64,000 nt of DNA, from the NCBI GenBank assembly GCA_017654855.1, contig CM030335.1, forward strand, positions 2,356,001 to 2,420,000, in the 5' to 3' direction. The position numbers and the translations under genes are program-made. The stretch is from Podospora anserina (taxonomy: Eukaryota). The notes below the pieces were generated by a model that was not told the origin of the DNA, searched no databases, and saw only the letters and a list, made by a program, of their open reading frames with translations. Of the stretch, positions 35,253-46,757 are shown piece after piece (position 1 is the first letter of the stretch; each line of letters opens with the position of its first letter).

Positions 35253-35621
35253 ATGGCTGGCCTTTTGGAGATAATAGCTTGGATCTACTACGCCATGACG
35301 GAGCCGAGCTGGATCCCGTCGCAGTTTCATCCTTTCTTGCATGGCATTTCTGGCTTCTTTGTAAGTACAGGGACCGCTGGACCTTCGTACCATACTAACC
35401 TGTTCCAGATGACCCTTGGTTCTCTATTCATCGTACCAATCATCTGCCTCGTCATCTACGACATCACCCTCTACGTATTCAGACTCACCGGTTCTGCCTG
35501 CGAAACATTTACGAATGCGCTGCGAGCTCGCCAAGCTACCCAACCACAACAATCGAAACAACCTATAAACGGGAATGGATCGACTCCCAATGGTCATGCA
35601 CCGTCCGAAAAGACACAGTAA
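35253..35621 (+). CDS. Small membrane protein (~106 aa). Exons 35253-35360, 35409-35621
   Basis: A 48-nt GTAAGT..CTAAC..CAG intron, and a hydrophobic segment LFIVPIICLVIYDITLYVFR. Confidence 0.65.
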   Translation: MAGLLEIIAWIYYAMTEPSWIPSQFHPFLHGISGFFVSTGTAGPSYHTNLFQMTLGSLFIVPIICLVIYDITLYVFRLTGSACETFTNALRARQATQPQQSKQPINGNGSTPNGHAPSEKTQ

Positions 35622-35752
35622 CAAGGGCCCAAGGAGTTGGATAGGGCGGGACAAGGGGGCAGAGGAGGAGACACAACATAGCCAGAGAAAGCACAGAACA
35701 ACCTTGTTTTTTCGACAGCCATGTGGCTTGAAATATTTTGCTGGAATTTTGC

Positions 35753-36911
35753 TCAAGCGACCTGAGAGAGCACCTTGATGAGGTCGCTGGTGACGCCCAT
35801 GGCCGTGACTTCACCACCGGCGCCCGCGCCCTGGATGATCAAGGGGTTGCTTCCGTACCGCTTAGTATAGAAGCTAATGATGTTATCGCTGCCCTTCAGC
35901 GCCGCAATGGGGTGGGAGAGATCGAACTTCTCGAGTCCAACCTTGACCTGCTTTGAGGCGACGTCGATGCTGCCCACAAACCGAACCACCTTGCCCTCCT
36001 TCTCAGCCGCCGCCTTTGTCTCCTCCATCTGAGAGTCAAAGGCGGGGAGCTTCTCGAGGAACTCATCACCGGTGGCAACAGACTCGAGCTCCTTGGGGAT
36101 CAAGCTCTGGACGGGGAACGAGGTGGGAGACTCAACCTCGAGACCGGCAAGGCGGGCGAGGATGGTGAGCTTCCGGGCAACGTCCAAGCCGTTGAGATCG
36201 TCACGCGGGTCGGGCTCAGTGTAACCGAGCTCCTTGGCCTTCCTGACCTCGGCGGACCATTGGCCGCCCTTGCCGGAGGTGGGGGCGAAAGAGTTGAAGA
36301 GGAAGGACATGGTGCCGCTGAAGACGCCCTCGATCTTGGTGACCTCGTCACCGGTGTTGACAAGGTCGTTGAGGGTCGAGATGACGGGGAGACCGGCACC
36401 GACGGAGGACTCGTGGTAGACCTTGGCGCCAGACTGCTCGGCAGCGCTGAAGATCTCCTGCCAAAGCTCGTAGGAGCCAGAGAAGGCCTTCTTGTTGGGA
36501 GTGACGATGCTGATGCCATTGCCAAGGAAGAGTGGGTAGGCGTCGGCGACGTCTTGGGAACTGGTGTTGTCGACGAGGACGGTCTTGGAGCCGGAGGACT
36601 TGAGGTACTCGATCAACTTGGGAGGGGCGAGGGGAGCCTGGGAGGAGGAGGCGAGCTTGGAGGAGACATCGTTGATGGCGATAGCGGCATAGTCCGAGTT
36701 GTAGATAGCCTTCTTGCTGGTGCTGATGTAGGTGAGGACGAGCTTGGGGCTGGGTCTGCGCTGGGCGAGCGTCTCGAGCTGGCCGAGGAAGCACTTTCCT
36801 ACCCCGCCAGCGCCTGAAGGGTCACAGCTGTAAGCATCAGGTCAGGAGTAACACTGGACAGAGAGTACACATACCAATGATGGCAATGTTGACCTGTTTC
36901 GCGGCAGCCAT
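35753..36911 (-). CDS. HOM6: Homoserine dehydrogenase. Exons 36911-36875, 36813-35753
   Basis: NIAIIGAGGVG Rossmann motif across the intron, VTPNKK, ESSVGAGLP, GYTEPDPRDDLNGLDVARKLTILAR, GAGAGGEVTA. Confidence 0.96.
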
Positions 36912-37290
36912 TGTGAACTGAGCGAGGAACGGGATGGTTCTTGGGATTAAAGATGGAATTCTACAGGCCGGGACCCAAAATACGACAACAATTGCTCACA
37001 CTGCATCGCGGGGTACTTTAAAATGTCGCCATGCAGCTCTGGCCCGATAGCGGACTCGCGGGGGGTGATCCTTGCATGGCGCCGGGTGGAGCCCTGGAGG
37101 TGGGATGGCGCCCCACTGTTGAACTTTTAGGTGCTGGTTCCTGGTCATTGGCTTCACAAGTTTGCGCTCTGCATCAAACTCATACAGCGACACTATCAAG
37201 TCAAGATATCGCCGACGACAAGACACAGCACTCTTGAGATCTGTTATTGAACGAATCCCCAAATTCAACCAGACTCAAAAATTAGTCAAA

Positions 37291-38214
<924 letters not shown>

Positions 38215-41200
38215 GAAGGGGTAGAACCGAAGAAGGCTTGTTTTGATACCCAATGATGAGTGACTTGTGGGTGTTGATTGGATGGTTGTACATTGTGGAC
38301 GGGCAATTCATCATTTCATGGATCATACTGCCCTGGACCGGGACATATAGGCCATCTATAACTTGGTCGTATGTCCCTTTTCCCGATCGTCTAGCATGAT
38401 CCAAGGGTTAGGGTTTTAAGAGTCTCCAACACTAACAAGTCGTCATCCACTATCACACTCCCCACGCCTCTCATCCCCCCGGAATGGGGAAGGACAAGAG
38501 TAAGCAATACTCTCTAGGTAATCCCCTTCCAGCAACAGCAGCAGCCCGTTCGGTCCTTGCATGTCTCCCGAGCAGCGGTGGTGGTGGTGTGTGGTGTGAA
38601 GCATTCGGACAATCGGTATTTCTAAAAGAACCTCACCGCCGCACACATACCTTTCCCTGCCCTATACCAGGAGTTCGCATACAGAACCACGACTCTGACT
38701 CGACGGAGAGAGCAACCCCCAAATACGGCGGCGGCGGCGTAGTGATGGTCAGCGGCGCAGGCGGGGGCGCGGGGGGGGGGAGGGGGAGTGATGCGCATTA
38801 TCCGTAACCGCCCACTTCTCTCCTCACACAAATTCCATGGCCTTTGTGTAACAAACCCTCTTCTCGTAGGCAGCCCTATAGATATACGCGAGAAAAAATG
38901 TTTGTACTTTGCAGAAAGAGGCGCAGTTCGCAAGAAAGTCATCCTTAATCCGTATACTTGGGGAAATGCATTGCTACACAAGTTCCTTTGGGGGGGGTAT
39001 CACCAACAGTTTTCAGTCATCGCCGCCAACAATAAGGGGTTAGAAAACTGGATTTGGACTCAAGTCCGACACGTAATAAACGGGCCGGTTGTGGTGATTT
39101 TGGTTGTCGGTGAGTTTCTGTTATGGAACGGACAAAATGTCGCAAAAAAAAACAAGGCGAGCGTGCGAAAAAGGTTTCCGTTTTGTTTGTCATGATGTTT
39201 GTTATCCGATAGAAGAAGAGGGAGCCCCAACCGACCGACCGTCGGGAGCTAAACAAGAACCAAGGTGAAGGCCAGGAGGCATGACGTTGCCAACTTGTGC
39301 GCAAACAAGAAAAAGTCCGGGGCGGTAAGGCAGGCAGGTCAACCAACGGTCAGGCAACGCTATGAAATGAATCATCGTGAGGACAGCGAAGCATCGCATG
39401 GTGTAATAAACCAGGCAGCTATTTTGGACAAAGTGTGCCCGCTGAACTGACCGATAGCGACTGATGAAAGTTGAACACCGACGACGACGACGGTGGGTTA
39501 TCGTAATCAAGAAAGAGTGGCCAACGTCAGCGTCTGCCCTACCATCCATACCTTTGTTGGATATTGCTCTGGATTATCACTGCGAGATGCGCGTTGGCGG
39601 CCGGGGTTGTGTTCTTTTTTGTCCCAAGTGCCGCCGTGTTACACTTGTTGGTTGTCAATCATCATTATCCCCTTTTCCATTGCAGGCCTTCTCGAGTTGT
39701 ACCATGAGTTGCCATTTCCATCCGATCCAAAGAGTGTGGTGTGGTGTGGTGTGTGGTGTGTGGTGTGGGGGAGGGGGGGGAAGAAGGGGGTTCGGGTCCG
39801 CCCTTTCGCGACCGATCTCTACCCCAGACGGAGAGGCCCGTCGTGTAAGTGATAAGTGATAAGATGGGTGGAAAACGGAGTCCACTTTGACCAAGCTGAG
39901 GTTTGAGATATGGAAATCAAGAATTTTTGGCCCGTGTTTGATAGCTAGCTATGTGGAGTTTGCCCTTGATCCATCAGATCGGTAAATCAGCTGGGCATGG
40001 AAAATATAGTGCGGTAGTTTTGTTTTTGTTGACTGAAAATTCCAGATGTTGATGGTGGTTGGTTGGAAAGTTATGAGAGGATGTCATGATAGGTCACTTA
40101 CACTGTGGTCTGGACAACCCTCAAACAAACATTTGCAAGGGAGAGACAAAAAAGACACACACACAGAAATGAAAAAGGGATGGAAAAGCAACTGCCCGAC
40201 ACAACCAAAAATGACAGAAAACAAAAGCCCACTCTGGCAGAAAAAAAAATGCGTTGTTTGCGCATGCAGCAGCAGCATTGCCAACTGTTCTTGCAGTTTG
40301 TTTTCTTTGATATCAGGGCTTTCTCTCGTCTCCCAACTGATACTCTGGATAGCGACGGGTATCGCGAAAGAAATGCCCAACTGCCGCCCGCACCGCCCTG
40401 CCGTTTGCTACATGGAAACGGAAGAGGGGGGATTCAGGGAGCGGTGAGGCTTCCACGAGGTGCATCGCCGGCACCTCACTTTCATGCAGGAGGTGTGGGA
40501 GTGTGGGAGGTGCGATATCTGGCAGCCTTGGGCGCTGACGGTGAGACAGAAACCCAACAGGGGGTCTGGTCTGTCCGTCCGGGGAAGGTCTCTCAACCCC
40601 AGACCACCACCGCACACACACACACACACACATTTTTTCCAAAGTACCGAAACCTCCAGCTAGGGAGAATTTTGCAGCGTTACAAGAAAATGGCCAAGGC
40701 GGCGAATGGGGCCGGAATGGCTGTGGGCCCTGTTCTTGTCAAGAATGGCTCCCCCGTCCGTCCGCCTGAACGGAGCCGAAGAGCAAGGAGATGACCACCG
40801 CTGGGACCGAGGCGCGAGCGCGGTCGCAACGGACGCCAGAAGGTGAAAAAACTTCTCTAACCCCGTCTCTTCCGAGGCCCGTCTTTCCCTCTCACCCCCA
40901 ACACCCGAGGTGTACCCGGACTTACACATTTCCTTCCCGCCGACCAATCATCCACCCTCTTTGGTCCCATCGCACAAACACACACAACATTCTGTGGTTC
41001 AGTCTACCACCATCGCATCACGGACGGGTTCCCGCCGAAGGGGACTTTGGACATCCGCATTCCGCACACAACAATTTTTCTTCTTCATAACCAATATCCT
41101 TCTAATTAGCGATCGGCCACTACCCGTTTTCGCTATCATCATTCTCTTCCGCGTTTCGATTTGGATCAGCTCCTATGCTTCCATCCGAAACATAATACTT

Positions 41201-41772
41201 TTTTCTTTTGTTCACCAAGCGAGCGAGCATTTACTTTTGGGCATTTTCGGGAACACAAAAAAGTTTGGGATTTGTTTTTTTTTATTGTCGGGGGCATTTT
41301 TACACAGAGCTTCGCAGTACACGACATCATCAGCGCCTTGCATCATCATCATCGGCATCTAGCATCACTTGGAGTTTTTGTCCTTTTCTTTTTTTTATCA
41401 CCTTGAGATGGGGGTCTTGTATGATCTGAGACACTTTGTCAATGGTCTCTTGTATGTTTTGTTGGTTTATGGTTTTTGAGATACCCCATCAGTTTGGTTC
41501 TATGGATTTTATTTTTTTGCTGGTTTTGAAGGAATAAGGCAGGCGCATATGATGATACCCCCCAATTAGTTAGTTTTTTTTTTGGCTTCTCACCCTTTGT
41601 GGTGGTACATATTACTCTTCATGTAGATAGCTTCAGTAGTTTAGCACTTTAACAATAACGACAACGCAACAGAAGTTGGTTGATCATTCTTTACACTTTT
41701 GAGTTCCCACTTGCATCGTCATGACTGAACACTGCCTTTGCCATGGTGTTTCCTCTTCATTCTGCTTACAAG

Positions 41773-42060
41773 GCTGGACTTGTATCTTTCAGCCTCGCGC
41801 ATCAATCACTCTCTCATAACCAATCCATACGGGCGCGCAAACCGCGACATGGTTTCAAAGTGTCTGAGAGATTAGTCGGGGCTATGTGAGGAGAATGCAA
41901 GGGGCGTATATAATCGGTCGTTGGAGGAGTGGTATGTATTGTAGGGTTTTGATTGTGGACCGACATGTATGCCAACATTGGGGATTGGAAGTCGAGCTAG
42001 GTAACTGATGGGTTTCAATTAGGCGCCTGCTTATCATGTGGCTGTCTCCAAGCGCCAGCC
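41773..42060 (+). pseudogene. Possible degenerate SET-domain gene fragment
   Basis: One frame reads LDLYLSASRINHSLITN...KCLRD*SGLCEE, resembling the SET motifs ASRINHSCxPN and ALRDIxxGEE. It has an in-frame stop, and a GTATGT..TAG intron-like segment follows. Confidence 0.3.
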
Positions 42061-43403
42061 TGGCTGTTTTTTTGTTTCACAGTGATGGCCCATTAACCAA
42101 AAGGCTTATCGCCTGCGACCCAGTGACTGGCCATCCGTCATCAGTCAATGGAATCGGCAGGGCAGAGAGTTCTGACAGCCGTCTTCAGCCCAGTAGGTAT
42201 ATATGTCACCCCATTCCCACCTTACTTCGCATCTCTAGTTCTAATATTGTCAAACTTGCCTACCAAGTTGAAGCATAACATATACAAGATCCGAATCCAC
42301 CTTATCCAACCTATCCGGTATATACTTGTAAGTCTTCCTGTCACTAGAGCCTCGATGTCCAATTACTCACACCTACACTGTCACGCCTCAGCCACCACCA
42401 CAGACCAAAAAATGGACAAGGAAAACGATCCGCCAGAGGGCTACGAACCGGGCGACCCACGTCCATTCGACGACCCTCAACTGCCGATACAGGGACGTTA
42501 ATAGTCGCTCTACTTCTCTGGCTTTCATGTATATGTTATCTACTGTTGGCGGGTAGTTGCAAGGGGTGTACGGTGTTCATGTGCTGAAAGCTGGCCCGCG
42601 ACAGGTACCTGAACGCGGGGGGGGGTCTTTACTCGCAATCGCAGTAGAGAAGCAACTGGCAAGGCCAGGGCGACAGCCTACGGGATATGTCACTACCCGA
42701 TGTTTTTCAGCTCTGGAAGTCTGAGAGTTCGTTGTTGGAAGGGGCGGAGGCGACACTATCTTTTATTCTCAATAGCTTCAACGACAAACCCCGCTGAAAA
42801 TTACGGGTTGATTCCTGTGATGTGTGCCAGTGAGTGATATGCAGATGAGGTTTAGTGACTGGTGAAGACAGAGCACCGTCCCAGAACTTCATCGAAGTAG
42901 CTAGCTTTTGTAAGATGGAGTGAACTAGTGAGATGATGTGTCTTTGTATTCTCAGGGGTATAGTGGTGTCTGGTAGAAATGAGTTAACCCTTGTTTCTGA
43001 TAGGTGAGGGTAATATTTGCCTTCAATGCAGTGTAATCTTTAATCATGACAAGTACCTTAGGTAGTTGAGGTAAGAGTTAAAGGTTAAGAGGACGTTTGG
43101 ATTTGCGCGGGTGCTTCAAGGGCGGTAAATGCTTAATAGTTTTTTTAGAAATAGGAGAAAGTAGGATGGGTAGGGACAGGCACTGGATTGTCATAAGGAG
43201 AGCTGATGACGCCTTCCTAGATAGGCCGTGACACATCAGGATTACAGTGGGATTGCACTTGGTCTCTGTATCTTTATCGTCTAACGACCACGCACACGAA
43301 ACTCAAAAAACTAGCTACTTCCAAATAACTCTCTCAGGTCTCCAACCTCACCTCTCTAATAAGCACATCTTCAACACACCGCAGCAACAGCCACTCCAAC
43401 ATC

Positions 43404-44175
43404 ATGTCTCAACCCCACAACTTCTGCTTCCCCGTCCACACCCTCGCCAACGACAGGGTTAAACTGGTCCCCTTCTCGGTCAGCCTCACCTGCTCCCAAG
43501 ACCCGTCACGCACGGAAAGGACAGCATGCTGACAGTCTCTATCCCCCCAAGCCTGAGCGCCATGCCAAAACCTTTGTGGAACACAACGTCGCGAGGCCGG
43601 ACCTGTACACTCACATGCCCACCGGCCCTTATGCCACCACCGAGGAGTTCGTCTCCCAATTCCTCGAACAGACCTCGCGGCAAAACCCGGGATGGTTCAC
43701 CTTTGCCGTCATCGACCTCACCCGCCCCGCCTCCCCCGAGGATGAGGAAGGGGAGCTAGCAGGCATGATGTCCTTTATGGACACCTCCCCCGTCCACCTC
43801 TCCACCGAGATCGGGTGCATCGTTATTTTTCCCGAGTATCAACGCACCCACGTCACTACCAATGCTGTCGGGTTAATGCTGCGCTATGCCCTCGACAGCC
43901 CGGAACAGGGCGGGATAGGGTTGAGGAGGGTGCAGTGGAAGACCAGCTCGGCAAACGCCGCTTCTGCCCGCACCGCGGAGAGGCTGGGCTTCCGACACGA
44001 GGGTGTTTTGAGGTGGCACATGGTTTTTAGGGGAGGGGATGGGAAGCACAAGGTTCGGAATGGGAAGGCGCTGCCTAGGGATAGTCCGGCGGGAGACTAC
44101 GGAAGGGATACTGTTATTTTGGGGCTTTGTTGGGATGATTGGGAGGGTGGTGCGAGAGAAAAGGTTGGGGGTTGA
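43404..44175 (+). CDS. GNAT acetyltransferase (RimJ/RimL-like). Exons 43404-43478, 43552-44175
   Basis: TEIGCIVIFPEYQRTHVTTNAVGLML, GLRRVQWK, ASARTAERLGFRHEGVLRWH, RDT..LCWDDW. A 73-nt intron keeps the frame. Confidence 0.88.
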
Positions 44176-45055
44176 TGGCGAGACGGGGGTGAGGTTTCCC
44201 GGGAATTTGAAGAGGCTATTATGGGCTTGTTTTGAAGAGGATGAGAAGGGGAGGAGACCAAAAAGAAAAAAAGAAAAGCATGGCAAGGAAAAACAAAAAC
44301 ATACAACACCAGGGATTCCCCAGTGGTCACCCACCTGAGTACTGGTCTGGCCCTTGGCAGCTTATCTAGGGGAGAGCGGACGGGATCCCGAGTTTTCTGC
44401 CAGGTATGGTCGTATGTGGTAGTCATGATTAAAATATCAGGTTATAACTGGCAGTAGAAGGTCAAGGTGAGGAAGAAGTGTCCAACCAGAGGATAAGTGG
44501 CTAGCATTTATGGTTGTTGAGATCAGATTATGACTCTGTTCGACTCTTTGAGATCGAGCTGGTCTGTAATTGTGATCTGTCTAGTATTCTCACAGGAAGA
44601 AACGGTTAGGGATGTGCGATGAGACAAGACATGTCTATTCTTGAAGAGACGTCAAGACTGGTATAGGGCGAGTGCAGTTTAAGGGCGTTGACTCGGTCAA
44701 CTTGAAATAGTGCAAGAGCTTGCTATATTGAAGATTGTTGGTCTGGGTTAGGTGTTCAAACTCAGACCATCACTCGCCCCAGCCGGGTAGTGAGCACTAG
44801 AGCAATCATCTCGTAAGTGTTCAGTAAGTAAAACTATACAACTGGACAGTATACGCTCGAAATACGAAAACGAACGGCGAAGGATTCATGGGCATCCACA
44901 ACCATATCCACTTGTTACTTCATCATAATAGAACGCCGGGCCGGAGACATGTCTGCCTGGACGTTTTGATGGGTATAAGAGAAGATACATATTTGCTCGC
45001 AATCTGTTTCGACCGACAACATCATCTATTCTGCATCAAGTCCCATCCCTCCGTC

Positions 45056-45535
45056 ATGCAACTCACCACCCTCCTCACCCTTGCCACCTCGGCCACCCTG
45101 GCATCAGCCGGCTGCTTCACCGGCGGCGCCGTCTGGGGCGAAGACCTCTACAACGCCAACACCCTCATGTACTTTGCTGTCTGCGGCAGTGACGGCACCG
45201 GTACCCACAGCTACAATGCTGGAGAGACGAGAAGGTGGTGCTATCATCTCACGGACAACAAAAGGGTAGACTTTAGCATCAGAAACATGCAGTCGATCAG
45301 GGACACATTGTCGACTGCCAACTGCGAGCTGCTCCGGAACGAGATTGCTGGGTGTCAGCATGGTGGGAGGAGGGCGTATACCAAGTTTGAGTTTACGTAT
45401 GTTTTGACATGTTGTTTTTGTAAGAGAGAGAGAGACTGGAATATGCTGACAATGGTTCACAGGGCGGATCCGAATGATGGGAGATGCGCGAATCTGAGTT
45501 ACCTCCCACCGGACTGGCCTTATCGGTGGTGGTGA
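45056..45535 (+). CDS. Small secreted cysteine-rich protein (glycan-binding Y3-like / effector-like). Exons 45056-45396, 45463-45535
   Basis: Signal peptide MQLTTLLTLATSATLASA, six Cys, and the C-terminal pattern EIAGCQHGG..FEFTADPNDGRC after removing a 66-nt intron. Confidence 0.8.
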   Translation: MQLTTLLTLATSATLASAGCFTGGAVWGEDLYNANTLMYFAVCGSDGTGTHSYNAGETRRWCYHLTDNKRVDFSIRNMQSIRDTLSTANCELLRNEIAGCQHGGRRAYTKFEFTYVLTCCFCKRERDWNMLTMVHRADPNDGRCANLSYLPPDWPYRWW

Positions 45536-45789
45536 TTTGGGCTGGGTAGTGATAGTTTAAGAGATATTTTTGTGATAAAGATTACCTACCTATATTGCTG
45601 TGCCGGGAGATCCATCCCGGAGTCAGCTGTTGTGATTTACATACCTAGGAAGCCAATAAACAGCTGCAAATGAGAGTTCCGGACGAGAACGATGTGTTGT
45701 TGAGATGCTTCTATGGAAAGGCGCTCCAACTATAGTGTGAAACATAGCTCGGTGATACAGTCTCTATCTATCCAGATCAGATCTCCCCC

Positions 45790-46757
45790 ATCCGTGGATA
45801 CTTCGAGTAGGTAAAAGGTATCTTGCAAACTTGGAAAGCATTCACACGAAGATAAGAGCACCCCAGTTCTACAGGACTCATGGCAACTGCCAACGGAACG
45901 TCAAAAGTTTGGGCAGCAACTGTCTGGAGAGCACCTGCCCTCGGTGTGAAGCTGCATACCCAATCGCGATTGACCAGTTCAAAACGCCATAACCACTCCG
46001 ACTCCTCACCAGGCTGAGCTCCTTCCGCGAAACTCTTCTCAAACAGCTCTCAGTCTCCATCCATCATTCAGCGAGAAGGAGCGCAACCAATGCACCATGA
46101 TGGCAACTTCTGGACCTAGACCATCACCGGCACTCGAGCTACCACCTTTGGAAGTCCCCCGAATTTTCAGACGTGCTGCCAGCTACATATTTCAGGCTTA
46201 GCAGCAATGTGTCACCGACGGGATATCTCGTAGAAAACAGGTCGGCTCATACGTCACCCGGGTTAAACCCAGACCACCTTGCTGGCTACCTACTGGCAAA
46301 AAGACCCCATTCGCAGCATTCTCTGGCAAACGAAAGGATCTACCTAACCTATGGTAGCTTGGAGTCTTCCTGCAGCACCCCCTCAGGCTCAGTTATCAAG
46401 CTTTCTTCATGAATTACGCTTCTTGTCACGGCGGCGCATACCCTCTTGGAGCTAGCCTACACAAGGCGAAACTTGTAATATCTTCCGCTTGAAATATCGA
46501 GAATTTTGCAACTTTCAGTCAGCAGTGAGCCTTCTGGATACAAGGGCGAGACCTTCAGGAGAGAACCCATTCGGTTATGCCTAACAAATGATGCTTTCCA
46601 TAAGCCGATCGGTCTTGTGTTGTATCCTGTACCGGGCGGTGGCCCTACGGACTTTTATCGTGTAGGTATCTTCATGCCAATGCCCAGAAGATCTCGCAAT
46701 ATTCCATCGGAACTGTTTGAGACAGGGGCGGAGGAGAGGGATACCTGTCTCTATTGA
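45790..46757 (+). pseudogene. Frameshifted relic of a HET-domain (heterokaryon incompatibility-type) gene, C-terminal region
   Basis: Motifs appear in the expected order across frames: DVLPA/ISGLAA (46170-46206, split by a 4-nt insertion), HLAG../WQKDPIRSILWQ, WSLPAA, and IGLVLYP..FYRVGIF. Several stops. The left boundary is approximate. Confidence 0.6.

Noticed and set aside
38405-38415. GGGTTAGGGTT telomere-like motif
   Set aside because: Under two repeat units, which is expected by chance.
41153-41260. Hairpin-ANANNA-hairpin-ACA arrangement resembling an H/ACA snoRNA
   Set aside because: Short, weak stems and no convincing pseudouridylation pockets by eye.
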